Source: Anaerolineales bacterium
GTDB lineage: Bacteria; Chloroflexota; Anaerolineae; Anaerolineales; UBA4823
Assembly (NCBI GenBank): GCA_035286585.1
Contig: DATEDC010000195.1
Location: forward strand, 4,139 to 68,138
Length of the DNA stretch: 64,000 nt
Direction: 5' to 3'
Below, piece after piece: positions 54,178 to 64,000 of this stretch. Within the stretch, counting starts at the first letter, position 1, and each line of letters begins with the position of its first letter. The position numbers and the translations under genes were made by a program. The notes below the pieces were generated by a model, which saw only the letters and a program-made list of their open reading frames with translations, did not search any database and was not told where the DNA came from.

Positions 54178-56979
54178 ATGCCGCCTACGTTGTATTTAAT
54201 TGACGGTCATGCCCTGGCATACCGCGCCTATTTTGCATTGTTACGCGCTTCGACGAGCGGCTTCGCCACCAGCAAAGGCGAGCCCACGGCGGGAATATTT
54301 GGCTTTACCAGCGTTTTGCTGCGCATCCTGGAGCAGGAACGTCCGGATTATCTGGCGGTCGCCTTTGATACCGGAAAAACATTCAGGGATGACCTGTATC
54401 CTGAATATAAAGGCACGCGAGCGAAGATGCCCGATGACCTGCGAGCGCAGATCGAGCGCATCCGCCAGCTTGTAGACGCGTTCAACATCCCGCGCCTGGA
54501 AGTCGAAGGCTACGAAGCTGATGATGTATTGGGAAGTGTGGCGAAGTGGGCGGTAGGCCAGGGCCTGGGGGTGAAGATTATAACGGGCGACCGGGATCTG
54601 CTCCAACTGGTGGAGGAACGCATCATCGTCAACCTGCCAGGCAAATCGCTTTCCGAGGCGCGCGACTACCTGCCCGAGCATGTGCAGGAATATCTCGGCG
54701 TGCGCCCCGATCAGGTGGTCGACTATAAAGCCCTGGTAGGCGATAAGTCTGATAATATCCCAGGTGTGGCAGGGATTGGTGAAAAAACAGCCGCCTCGCT
54801 CCTGCAATCGTATGGTAATCTCGACGAAATTTACGCCCATCTGGATGATTTATCAAAAGGCGTGCGCGAAAAGCTCGCAACGGGACGAGAGGATGCTTAC
54901 CTGAGCCAGCAGCTATCCAAAATTGTCACTAATCTCTCGATACCCCTGGATCTTGAGCAGGCTCGCCCACACGATTTCGATCCCGGGCGCATTGAAGCCC
55001 TCTTCAGGGAATTGGAATTCCGCACCTTGTTGGGCCGGCTGAGCAGCCTGATGCAGTCCTTTGGGTTATCCCAAGCTCAGGCAGGTCGCCAGTTGGGCTT
55101 ATTCCAGGAACCTGCGCCGCAGGTTATACAGCCAGCGCCGCCCTCTTCAGAGAGATTGAGCGCGCAGGTGGTCGATACGCCCGAATCGTTGCAGGCATTG
55201 GTAAGCCGCCTGGAGCAGGCGCAGGTGATCGCCTTCGATACCGAGACCACCTCCACGGACCAAATGCTGGCTGATCTGGTGGGAATCGCCCTGGCCGTGG
55301 ATGGTGACAGCAGCTATTACATTCCAGTGGGTCACCGCAGAGAACTGGGCCAACAGCTGCCGCTGGAGACCGTCATCGAAGCCCTGCGTAAACCACTGAC
55401 AGATGCGAAGATACCTAAAGCGGGGCATAACTTGAAATACGATTTCATCCTGCTGGCCCGGAATGGGTTGAGGGTAACCCCGCTCTCGTTCGATTCGATG
55501 ATCGCCGAGTGGTTGATAAACCCGGCTTCGCGCAACCTGGGCTTGAAGAACCTGGCGTGGATCCGCTTGAATTTCAAGATGACAGACATCGAAGATCTGA
55601 TCGGGAAGGGCAGAAATCAAATCAGCATGGCCGAGGTAGCGATCGATCGGGCGGTCTCTTACGCGGGAGCGGACGTGAAGGCGGTGCTCCGCCTGATGCC
55701 GGTGCTGCAGGGCGAGCTGGAAAAATGCCAGGAGACCAAATTATTCTATGAATTGGAAATGCCCCTGGTCGAAATTCTGGCAGATATGGAGATGAACGGC
55801 ATAGTCCTGGACACGCAGTTCCTGGCCACCATGTCTGCCCAACTGCAAGCTCGCCTGGACCAGATCGAGGATCAGATCCACCGGGTGTCTGGCGATACGT
55901 TTAACATCAATTCACCGCAACAGCTCTCCGAGGTCCTTTTTAAGCGGTTGGGGATCCAGCCTCCTGACCGAACCCAGAAGACCGCCAGCGGGTTTTATTC
56001 CACATCAGCGGAGGTGCTGGAAGCGTTGAGCGGAAAACATCCCATGGTGGACTGGGTTTTAGAATATCGAGAACTCTCGAAATTAAAATCCACCTATCTC
56101 GATGCTCTGCCATTGCAGGTGAATCCTGCGACCGGGCGAGTGCACACCTCGTACAACCAGACCGGGTCGGTCACTGGAAGGATCGCCTCCTCGAATCCAA
56201 ACCTGCAAAATATCCCCATCAGAACCGAGCTGGGCAAACAGGTCCGCCAGGGGTTCGTGGCAGCCCCCGGACTGAGTTTACTCTCGGTGGATTATTCGCA
56301 GATCGAGCTGCGCATCGTCGCCCACATCTCGGGGGACGAAGCCATGCTGGCTGCGTTCCGAGCCGGACAGGACATCCACGCGGCTACAGCCGCAAGGATA
56401 CTTGGCATCCCGATAGAATCAATCACCCCGGATCAGCGCCGGCACGCCAAGGCGATTAACTTCGGGTTGATCTACGGGATGAGCGCTTATGGATTGACTC
56501 GTACAACCGACCTGACCCTGGCGGAAGCGGAGGATTTCGTCGAGTCGTATTTTCACCAGTTTCCCGGCGTCAAGCGCTACCTGGACTCGATGCGCCGCCA
56601 GGCCGTGGAGCGCGAGTATGTGGAGACTTTATTGGGTCGCAGGCGTTACTTTCCAGGCCTGAAGAATCAAAGCAACCGCAATATTCGCAATCGCGAAGAA
56701 CGCGAGGCAATCAATGCCCCCATCCAGGGCGCGGCTGCGGATATCATCAAAATCGCCATGCTGCGGGTACCCGCTGCCCTGGCAGAAGCGGGTTTGTCAG
56801 CGCGCATGCTGCTGCAGGTCCATGACGAGCTGGTCCTGGAGTGCCCAGAGGAGGAATTGAATGCCACGGCTCGCTGGGTTCGGGAGGTGATGGAATCAGC
56901 CTACCAATTGAAGATACCCTTGCTGACGGAAGCGCGCAGCGGCCTGAACTGGGGAGAAATGGTGCCGGTGGCTGATTAA
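54178..56979 (+). CDS. polA: DNA polymerase I (5'-3' nuclease, intact 3'-5' exonuclease, polymerase)
   Basis: LIDGH, YEADD, GD.SDNIPGV.GIG.KTA, FDTET, TGRIASS.PNLQNIP, DYSQIELR, KAINFGLIYG, QVHDELV. Confidence 0.99.
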   Translation: MPPTLYLIDGHALAYRAYFALLRASTSGFATSKGEPTAGIFGFTSVLLRILEQERPDYLAVAFDTGKTFRDDLYPEYKGTRAKMPDDLRAQIERIRQLVDAFNIPRLEVEGYEADDVLGSVAKWAVGQGLGVKIITGDRDLLQLVEERIIVNLPGKSLSEARDYLPEHVQEYLGVRPDQVVDYKALVGDKSDNIPGVAGIGEKTAASLLQSYGNLDEIYAHLDDLSKGVREKLATGREDAYLSQQLSKIVTNLSIPLDLEQARPHDFDPGRIEALFRELEFRTLLGRLSSLMQSFGLSQAQAGRQLGLFQEPAPQVIQPAPPSSERLSAQVVDTPESLQALVSRLEQAQVIAFDTETTSTDQMLADLVGIALAVDGDSSYYIPVGHRRELGQQLPLETVIEALRKPLTDAKIPKAGHNLKYDFILLARNGLRVTPLSFDSMIAEWLINPASRNLGLKNLAWIRLNFKMTDIEDLIGKGRNQISMAEVAIDRAVSYAGADVKAVLRLMPVLQGELEKCQETKLFYELEMPLVEILADMEMNGIVLDTQFLATMSAQLQARLDQIEDQIHRVSGDTFNINSPQQLSEVLFKRLGIQPPDRTQKTASGFYSTSAEVLEALSGKHPMVDWVLEYRELSKLKSTYLDALPLQVNPATGRVHTSYNQTGSVTGRIASSNPNLQNIPIRTELGKQVRQGFVAAPGLSLLSVDYSQIELRIVAHISGDEAMLAAFRAGQDIHAATAARILGIPIESITPDQRRHAKAINFGLIYGMSAYGLTRTTDLTLAEAEDFVESYFHQFPGVKRYLDSMRRQAVEREYVETLLGRRRYFPGLKNQSNRNIRNREEREAINAPIQGAAADIIKIAMLRVPAALAEAGLSARMLLQVHDELVLECPEEELNATARWVREVMESAYQLKIPLLTEARSGLNWGEMVPVAD

Positions 56980-57042
56980 GCTATCGAACGCGATACTGGC
57001 GTTGTGCTCCTTTTTCAAATGGGATAGTTTGCAGGAGTTGTT

Positions 57043-59370
57043 ATGAGTGGGACAGAAGAAATATTCCAGCGGGTAATGGATCAGGGTCATTCTGCCGCAT
57101 GGGATCAAAAATGGGACCAGGCGGCTGGCTATTACAGCCAGGCGTTAGAAATGTATCCGAATAATATTTCTGCGTTAACCAGCCTGGGGCTGGCTCTATA
57201 TGAACTCCACAGGCTCGAGGATGCGTTGCGCTGTTACATCCAGGCTGCCAAACTGACCCCCAACGACCCGCTGCCGCTGGAAAAGATAGCCCATATTTAT
57301 CGCCAAATGGGAAATAGTAAGTTTGCTCAGGCTGCGGCCACGCGCGCGGCCGAGATTTTCTTAAAAAATCATGAGGTCAACAAGGCCTTAGAAAACTGGC
57401 AATTCATCGCCCAACTCAATCCGGGATATCTCCCGGCGCATACCCGGTTGGCGTACATCTATGAACGGCTCGGACGCAAAGAGGATGCGGCTGGCGAATA
57501 CCTGGCGCTGGCAAGCCTTCTGCAAAAGGCGAACGATGTCGATCGGGCGGTACAGGCAGCCAACCGCGCAGCGCAAATTAACCCCGGAAGCGCTGATGTC
57601 CTGGATGCACTTGCAGCGCTCAGAGAATTCCAACCTGTGCCGATGCCTGACAGGTACGCTAAGAGCCAGACCAGCACGCAGTCTGCCACGACTCCTGGGT
57701 CGGCTGTATCAGCGCAGGTTGAATCTACTGCCGAGGAGCTGGACCCGATATCCGCAGCGCGGCAAAAATCTCTGGCAGTGCTGGCTAGCGTCCTGTTCGA
57801 TGCCGTTGAGGAGGCGGAGGAAGTGGGCGTGGAACGTTCTGGATTCCGCTCGATCATGCGCGGGACAGGGAAGCTGATGAGCGCCAACGTGGATCGCTCG
57901 CGAATCGTGCTGCATGTCAGCCAGGTAATCGAACTGCAGACGCAGGGGGAAGTATCTCAAGCAGCCGAGGAGCTTGAACGGGCGGTTCAATCGGGCCTGG
58001 AAACTGCGGCGGCATATTTTGATTTAGGGTTATTAAAATATCTCGGTGGCGATCTAGAAGAGGCGAAACGTTATATGAAATCCGCGCTGCAGAGCCCTGA
58101 GTTTGCCTTGGGGGCGCGATTGGTCATGGGGCAGATGCTGCAAAAATCGGGGAAACACAAAGAAGCCGCGCTTGAATATTTGGAAGCTTTGCGTTTAGCC
58201 GAGATCGATGTGCTGCCTAAGGATCAGGCGAAAGAATTGGATCAACGATACGACCCACTGATCGAGTCGCAAAGGCTGGAGCCGGATCCCCGGGTGCACG
58301 AGCGAGTGTGTGAAAATATTTCTGGCCTGCTCATCCAGCCCGGCTGGCAGAAGAGGCTCAGCCAGGCGCGTAAAGAGATGGCGCAACAAGGGGAGGAGAG
58401 TCGAGTCGTGCCGCTGGCGGAGCTGATCATCCAGTCAGGAAGCAGCCAGATTGTAGAAGCAGTGAGTCGAATAACCGCTCTCGAGAGGGCTGGTCTTTGG
58501 CGGTCTGCGATGGAAGAAGCTTATTTTGCGCTGGATTTTGCGCCTACGTACCTGCCCTTGCATTTGCAGATGGCAGGGTTATTGCTGAGCCAGGGACAGA
58601 CGCAGGAAGCTATCGAGAAGCTGCTCGTGGTAGCCGAGGCGCATCAGACGCGCGGCGAAGCGAAGCGGGCGATCGAGATCTACCGCCAGGTGATCGAATT
58701 GGCGCCGTTGGAGCTTGCACCGCGCAATTTACTGATTCAACAATTGATCCGTCTCGGCCAGATTGAAGAGGCTGTCCAGGAATATGTTCATCTGGCGGAG
58801 GTGTACTACAACCTGGCAAACCTGGAAAAGGCACGCAGTACGTATGTTGAAGCCTTTAAACTTGCGCAGCAAGCCAATACGGATCCGTCACTGCGCGCCG
58901 GCATCCTACACCACATAGCGGATATCGATCTGCAAAGCCTGGATTGGCGCCAGGCGATTCAGGTCTTTGAACAAATACGCACCTTGCTGCCCGATGATGA
59001 AAAGGCACGTTCCAGCCTGGTGGAGATAAACGTACGCCTTGGGCAAGAGCAAAAAGCCATGGTGGAGATCGATAACTACATAGCTTACTTGTTGAAATCG
59101 GGGTTCAAGGGCAGGGCAGTCAGTTTTTTGGAGAATCTGAGGCGGGAATATCCTGAGCGATTGGCAATCCGTCACCGCCTGGCTTCCTTCTATAAACGCG
59201 AGGGCAGGAAAACCGAAGCGATTACCGAATTGGATGCCATCGGGGAAATGCTGGTCGAAGCGGGCAAAATTGCTGACGCGGCTCGAATCATCGAAGAGAT
59301 CCTGGCGTTGGGACCGCCGAACGTGGGAGATTATCGTGCATTGTTAGATCAGCTAAAACGGGGGAGTTGA
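57043..59370 (+). CDS. Large tetratricopeptide-repeat protein
   Basis: Many TPR-like units (A..YY.QAL...P.N..A...LG..L); SD AGGAG. Confidence 0.88.
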   Translation: MSGTEEIFQRVMDQGHSAAWDQKWDQAAGYYSQALEMYPNNISALTSLGLALYELHRLEDALRCYIQAAKLTPNDPLPLEKIAHIYRQMGNSKFAQAAATRAAEIFLKNHEVNKALENWQFIAQLNPGYLPAHTRLAYIYERLGRKEDAAGEYLALASLLQKANDVDRAVQAANRAAQINPGSADVLDALAALREFQPVPMPDRYAKSQTSTQSATTPGSAVSAQVESTAEELDPISAARQKSLAVLASVLFDAVEEAEEVGVERSGFRSIMRGTGKLMSANVDRSRIVLHVSQVIELQTQGEVSQAAEELERAVQSGLETAAAYFDLGLLKYLGGDLEEAKRYMKSALQSPEFALGARLVMGQMLQKSGKHKEAALEYLEALRLAEIDVLPKDQAKELDQRYDPLIESQRLEPDPRVHERVCENISGLLIQPGWQKRLSQARKEMAQQGEESRVVPLAELIIQSGSSQIVEAVSRITALERAGLWRSAMEEAYFALDFAPTYLPLHLQMAGLLLSQGQTQEAIEKLLVVAEAHQTRGEAKRAIEIYRQVIELAPLELAPRNLLIQQLIRLGQIEEAVQEYVHLAEVYYNLANLEKARSTYVEAFKLAQQANTDPSLRAGILHHIADIDLQSLDWRQAIQVFEQIRTLLPDDEKARSSLVEINVRLGQEQKAMVEIDNYIAYLLKSGFKGRAVSFLENLRREYPERLAIRHRLASFYKREGRKTEAITELDAIGEMLVEAGKIADAARIIEEILALGPPNVGDYRALLDQLKRGS

Positions 59371-59391
59371 GCTAATCAGCTTATCCTAGAA

Positions 59392-60375
59392 TTAATACCA
59401 CAGGCGGAAGGAAGTCACCGCCTGCGTCTGGAAGCCCTCATACGTGATTGTGGCAACTATCTCTACCTGACCAACGGGTTTATTGTCAAACGAAAAAGTG
59501 TGGCTGACGATGCCCTTAGCGTTTGTCACCTGATTTACAAGTATTTGTGCTTTGTCCTTGGACGGCCAGGTAATCGATAGGGAGACTTCTGCACCGGAGA
59601 GAGGCATCAGTTTTTGATCCTGCAAGGTGATATAGATGGTTTGTGATCCGCTTTGGGGTAAAACTGCGTGCTGGACGAAGGCGCGCGCCTGGATGCCCAG
59701 GGTCATCTGCACCATCGGATTCGTTCGCGTTGGGGGAGGTTCGGGTTCCAGTCGGCTTGGATCTTCACCGATGAAGTGGAAGTAACGGCGGCCAAGGTCT
59801 GTAAGGGTGACCCGTCTGCCTGGAGGCAGCTCAGCATGCCATTCAAAACGAGCGCGTTGGAAGTATTGGACGATTAATCTATCCCGAATTTCAAAGTTTG
59901 AGATCGGGTAGCCGAACAGGGCAGCGCCGCCGTTGGCTTCGAAAAAATCCAGGAAGGCGTAACAGATTTTCTTGCCGCTTTCCACAAATTCTCGGCAGGC
60001 GGGCAGGTTTGCCGAAGGCTTCAGCTCGGGCCCCGGGGTGTACATCAATTCACCGAGCAAGGAGATTTTGACCCGAAAATCGGCGGGATTGTCGGGGATA
60101 AGCTCGAACCGGGCGCGCTCGAAATATTGAACGTATCGCCCGCCAACTGGTTCCAGGTAGGCTTCCGTAATTGGGTTGCCGAAGATCATGGCTGGATCTG
60201 GCACGCTATCGTAGGTGGCGAGAAATTCCCCAATAACCCAATGACCTTTTGCGGGGAAGTACCTTTGATCGCTCGCCGGTTGATACGGACTCTGCGCTAC
60301 TGATGGTATCCAGCCCTGGCCCACGACAACGATCACGGCAATCAATGCGAGATACCGGTGGACCTTCATTTGCAC
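59392..60375 (-). CDS. Secreted protein with two Chloroflexota-type YFP..GH/FG.PI..QYF.RARFE repeats and a C-terminal Ig-like domain
   Basis: FGNPITE...QYFERARFE and FGYPISN...QYFQRARFE; signal peptide; GTG 60375 (or ATG 60369) start 6 nt after TATAAT. Confidence 0.8.
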   Translation of the reverse strand: MQMKVHRYLALIAVIVVVGQGWIPSVAQSPYQPASDQRYFPAKGHWVIGEFLATYDSVPDPAMIFGNPITEAYLEPVGGRYVQYFERARFELIPDNPADFRVKISLLGELMYTPGPELKPSANLPACREFVESGKKICYAFLDFFEANGGAALFGYPISNFEIRDRLIVQYFQRARFEWHAELPPGRRVTLTDLGRRYFHFIGEDPSRLEPEPPPTRTNPMVQMTLGIQARAFVQHAVLPQSGSQTIYITLQDQKLMPLSGAEVSLSITWPSKDKAQILVNQVTNAKGIVSHTFSFDNKPVGQVEIVATITYEGFQTQAVTSFRLWY

Positions 60376-60639
60376 AAGATGATTATATGCAAAAACGCGA
60401 TTAAATACAATAGCCTGTGCAGGAAAAAACCGTCCCACAGCGATTAAAACTATAACCAATTTCCGTGTGGATGCCCATCTGTTCAGCCGACCTGATCGGC
60501 GTTTCTGCAAACGGATTTGTACGCTCGCAGGTCTTAGATTTCGCTGTGCCGAATCTTAACGCTCCCCACCCTCCTTGTAGTAGAATAGGTTGGTGGTGCA
60601 GACAAATTTCTGTGTCGAGTCCACTGGAATGACGAGTGC

Positions 60640-60993
60640 ATGAAGCCCATCCGTTTTATCGAGGAACAAATAGAAGTAATGTTTCCAACGCCGCCTCTCC
60701 TGGAGAAGAAACCGGGCTGTCCGGATGGTTTTGCATGGCGAGGCGAGGTGTTTCGCATTACGGAACTGCTCGAAGAATGGCACGATTATGCCCGTCGCGG
60801 GCGGGCGAGTCGCAATATGCGCGAGGCTCACGCCGTCGCCGCGGAACGACGCGGCTCCTGGGGGGTGGGTAAAGATTATTTCCGGGTCTGCACAGACGCT
60901 CAGAGGGTCTTTGACCTGTACTTTGATCGCGCCCCTAAAGGCGTCGAGCACAGAAAGGGCGCCTGGTTTTTATTCCAGGAGCTGGAGTCCTAA
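60640..60993 (+). CDS. DUF6504-like protein
   Basis: P..F.WRG..F.I..LLEEW...YFRV...FDLY.D...WFL pattern. Confidence 0.7.
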   Translation: MKPIRFIEEQIEVMFPTPPLLEKKPGCPDGFAWRGEVFRITELLEEWHDYARRGRASRNMREAHAVAAERRGSWGVGKDYFRVCTDAQRVFDLYFDRAPKGVEHRKGAWFLFQELES

Positions 60994-61028
60994 ATTCGAA
61001 CTGGCGAGTGTTACTCGGCTGCCATGCC

Positions 61029-62807
61029 ATGACAATCGAAATTATACTACTCCTGGTTATTCTAGGCATAACCCTGGTATTTTTCACTTTTGAATGGCTG
61101 TCGGTGGATATCGTCGCCCTGGGTGTGTTGCTTTCGCTGGTGCTACTCGGTCTTGTACCGCTGGAGCGAGCATTTGACAGTTTTGGCAGCGATACGGTGG
61201 TACTCATCCTGGGACTGCTGATCCTCACTGCGTCTCTGGTGCGCACCGGGGTGGTGGAGATTACCGGTCGTTATTTGTTGAAAAGAGTGACCGCCAATCC
61301 GAATCGGCTGCTGTGGATGGTGATGGGAGCTGGGGCAGGGATGAGCGCTTTCATGAGCAACACGGCTGCGGCGGCATTTTTCGTGCCTACTGTGATCGGG
61401 CTGGCGAATCGTTTGAAAATCAACGCCTCGCGCTTGCTCATGCCACTGGCATTTGCGGCGATTCTTGCCAGCTCGGTGACATTCGTAAGCACATCGACGA
61501 ACATCGTTGTCAGCGGCGTGATGACTCAATATGGCATGCCCCCAATGAGGATGTTCGAGCTGACCCGGGTTGGTTTGCCGATAGTGGTGGTCGGTTTGTT
61601 ATACATGGCTTCGATCGGCCAGCGGTTGATGCCTCAACGCGCCAGTCAGGAAGACCTGACGGTTGAGTTTGATCTGCCCTCGTATCTTACCGAAATATCA
61701 ATTATGGAGTCCTCGCCTTTAGCAGGGAAGACGCTAGCCGAATCCGGATTAGGACACGACCTGGACATCACCGTCTTGCGGATCGTGCGGGATGAAGACA
61801 AGCTTCTGGCGCCGCGGGCGGACGAGACACTGGAAAAAGGGGATGTGCTCCTGGTAGAGGCAAATCGGGATGAAATTATCAAAATAAAGGACTCAGTCGG
61901 TATAGGCATCGCTTCCGAAACCCCGCACTACGATCCAGATTTGCAAGCCGAGGACGTGCAGTTGGCCGAAGTCATCCTGTTGCCACGCTCGCCATTCATC
62001 GGACGCCGGCCGCGAGGGTTAGATTTGAGGGAACGATTTGGTTTACAGGTGCTGGCGATCAACCGCCAGGAACAGACCATCCACCGCAAGATCAGCCAGG
62101 TGCCGCTGAGGATGGGCGACGTCCTCCTGGTCCAAGGCCCACGAACGAACATTTCATTACTGGAGAGAAATAATGCCTTTCGGGTGTTGGGCATGCTAGA
62201 AGACGTAACCCCAGACTATTCCCGAGCGCGACTGGCAGTGGGGATATTTATTGGGGCGTTGCTTTTGGCAACTTTTAACATCCTAACGCTGCCGGTTGCT
62301 ATTCTGGCGGGTGTGGTGATATCCTTCCTGACCAAATGCATCACCCCAGAAGAGGCCTATCGCGAGGTGGAGTGGAAAGCGATTATTCTCATCGGCAGCA
62401 TGTTGGCGTTTGGGAGCGCCATGGAATATACTGGCGCGGCCCAATTCCTTGCCAGGCAGATTGTCCTGCTCCTGGGGGATGGGAACCCCATCTGGCTCTT
62501 GTCTGCGTTCTTTATCCTGACCGTGCTCTTGACACAACCGATGTCGAATCAGGCGGCTGCTGTGGTGGTGCTGCCGGTGGCAATCCAGGCTGCCTTACAG
62601 CTTGGCCTCAATCCAAGAACCTTCGCAATGATGATTGCCGTAGCGGCGAGCACATCGTATATCACACCGCTGGAGCCCGCATGCCTGATCGTCTACAGCT
62701 TAGGTCATTATAAATTTTTGGATTTCATAAAGGTTGGGTCCCTGTTGACGATTGTGGTCTACATCATCGCAATACTGCTTGTCCCACTCATCTGGCCTAT
62801 ATCCTGA
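61029..62807 (+). CDS. SLC13/CitMHS-family permease with two TrkA-C (RCK_C) domains
   Basis: SAFMSNT, LLMPLAFA, STSTN, two SPL.G...L..GD.LLV units, MSNQAAA, AASTSY.TP. Confidence 0.92.
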   Translation: MTIEIILLLVILGITLVFFTFEWLSVDIVALGVLLSLVLLGLVPLERAFDSFGSDTVVLILGLLILTASLVRTGVVEITGRYLLKRVTANPNRLLWMVMGAGAGMSAFMSNTAAAAFFVPTVIGLANRLKINASRLLMPLAFAAILASSVTFVSTSTNIVVSGVMTQYGMPPMRMFELTRVGLPIVVVGLLYMASIGQRLMPQRASQEDLTVEFDLPSYLTEISIMESSPLAGKTLAESGLGHDLDITVLRIVRDEDKLLAPRADETLEKGDVLLVEANRDEIIKIKDSVGIGIASETPHYDPDLQAEDVQLAEVILLPRSPFIGRRPRGLDLRERFGLQVLAINRQEQTIHRKISQVPLRMGDVLLVQGPRTNISLLERNNAFRVLGMLEDVTPDYSRARLAVGIFIGALLLATFNILTLPVAILAGVVISFLTKCITPEEAYREVEWKAIILIGSMLAFGSAMEYTGAAQFLARQIVLLLGDGNPIWLLSAFFILTVLLTQPMSNQAAAVVVLPVAIQAALQLGLNPRTFAMMIAVAASTSYITPLEPACLIVYSLGHYKFLDFIKVGSLLTIVVYIIAILLVPLIWPIS

Positions 62808-63005
62808 TCGATTGGCATTCAGCGAAATTGGTTAAGCTCTTCGCCGCCAAGTGTATGGCAATTTTGATCATAGGGGGATATCCTTATCTGGGGCTGGTAA
62901 CCATATATGGTTTCGCCAGCCATAATGAGCTTGGAGCAGCAGGATGGCGATACTAGTCTGGCGGTCTTTATTCTGGCTTATACTTATGCGGATGAGAAAA
63001 GGGAA

Positions 63006-63614
63006 ATGGATGAGATCGCCCTAATCCGGGAAGCCCAAAAGGGAGATCTGGATGCGTTCAACCGGCTTATCCTGGCTTACCAGGATATCGTCTACTCACA
63101 GGCTTATCGCATGATGAGCGAGCCGGAGGCCGCCGCCGACGCGACGCAAGAAGCCTTCATCTCGGCCTTTCGCAAGTTGCATACCTATCGGGGCGGGTCG
63201 TTTCGCGCCTGGCTCCTGAGAATTGTCACCAACGCCTGCTACGACGAGCACCGCCGACGCAAGCGGCGTCCTGCGATACCGCTACAGCCATCAGACAGCG
63301 AAGCGGATGAGATCGAGTCGCCGCATTGGATGGCCGACGATGGCGAAGGGCCCGAAGGAGCTGCTGAACGGATGGAATTAAGCAGCGCCATCCAAAAGTG
63401 CCTGGATAACCTGCCGGATGAATTTCGAGCAATTGTGGTATTGGTTGATATTCAACAGCTGGATTACAGCGAAGCGGCGATGGTGATCGGCAAGCCAGTT
63501 GGAACAGTTAAAAGCCGGCTGGCGCGCGCAAGAATGCGCCTGCGCGATTGCCTGCAGGGCGTGTGGGAACTTTTACCCACTCAATTTCGTCTGGTAGGTG
63601 AGGAAACACCATGA
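63006..63614 (+). CDS. ECF RNA polymerase sigma factor
   Basis: DATQEAF, SFRAWLLRIVTN.CYD, LDYSEAA...GTVKSRLARAR. Confidence 0.95.
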   Translation: MDEIALIREAQKGDLDAFNRLILAYQDIVYSQAYRMMSEPEAAADATQEAFISAFRKLHTYRGGSFRAWLLRIVTNACYDEHRRRKRRPAIPLQPSDSEADEIESPHWMADDGEGPEGAAERMELSSAIQKCLDNLPDEFRAIVVLVDIQQLDYSEAAMVIGKPVGTVKSRLARARMRLRDCLQGVWELLPTQFRLVGEETP

Positions 63615-64000
63615 CGAAGCAGATTATAAGGCGTGAGTGGGAGGAGTTATCCGCTTATTTGGATGAGCAGCTTGCCCCGCGCGAGCGAGCTCGGCTGGAG
63701 AAAAGTCTCCAGGCGCGAGCGGACCTGCGCGCTGAACTTGCCGAATTGAAGCGCACGCGGATGCTTTTACGCAGCCAGCCGGCCATTCGCTCGCCGCGCA
63801 ATTTCATCCTGACTCGTGCCATGGCAGGCGCTCAACGAGCAGAGCCAACGCCTCGCGGCGTATTCCAAGCCATGCGCCTGGCCTCCGTCATGGCCAGCGC
63901 TCTTTTTGTGCTGGTCGTTGTAGGCGAGGCGTTTTTTGGCAGCCGGATGAGCAGCGGCGTGCCGATGATCGCTGATTCCCGGGCTGTGCAGGAATTCGCC
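63611..64000 (+). CDS. Anti-sigma factor, 5' part (runs off window)
   Basis: ATGA overlap with sigma; MTKQIIRREWEELSAYLDEQL...PRNF then a TM helix. Confidence 0.85.
   Translation, partial: MTKQIIRREWEELSAYLDEQLAPRERARLEKSLQARADLRAELAELKRTRMLLRSQPAIRSPRNFILTRAMAGAQRAEPTPRGVFQAMRLASVMASALFVLVVVGEAFFGSRMSSGVPMIADSRAVQEFA

Noticed and set aside
51210..59387. 11-bp direct repeat CAGCTTATCCT at 51210-51220 and 59377-59387 flanking the polA block
   Set aside because: Short enough to occur by chance; no integrase, and the enclosed genes include core polA
1..64000. CRISPR array, tRNA, rRNA, riboswitch or prophage
   Set aside because: No repeat-spacer periodicity, cloverleaf, known aptamer core or phage gene seen by eye; a covariance-model scan would be needed to exclude RNAs

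Overview
This 64 kb window is gene-dense, GC-rich bacterial chromosome. The gene content (NBR1-Ig and LysM lipoproteins, YFP.xGH/FGYPIS-type repeat protein, MGDG-synthase-like glycosyltransferase, cdaA-cdaR) points to Chloroflexota, probably Anaerolineae; this is inference. About 55 CDS are supported. Most are housekeeping genes (pgi/pmi, rsmI, kbl, coaE, cdaA-cdaR, der, deoC, lutA/lutBC, glgP, coaBC, prmC, prfA, rho, polA, ECF sigma/anti-sigma). There is also a lower-GC peptide ABC transporter block and a three-gene surface-polysaccharide module. I found no rRNA, tRNA, CRISPR array or intact mobile element. The most striking item is 52964-54160, directly upstream of polA. It looks like a Roadblock/LC7(MglB)-like domain joined by an acidic linker to an IS200/IS605 TnpA (Y1 HUH) fold that has lost both HUH histidines and the catalytic Tyr. 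A near-consensus promoter sits 6 nt before its ATG, so it is a candidate domesticated, catalytically dead transposase leading a polA-TPR operon. Other notable items: a TyrA homologue lacking its catalytic residues next to kbl, a CoaE-GNAT-like fusion, a truncated lepB, a Cys-rich lytic-transglycosylase-like protein, a rho leader with a rut-like tract, and several leaderless promoters. All family calls come from motif recognition by eye; no searches were run.
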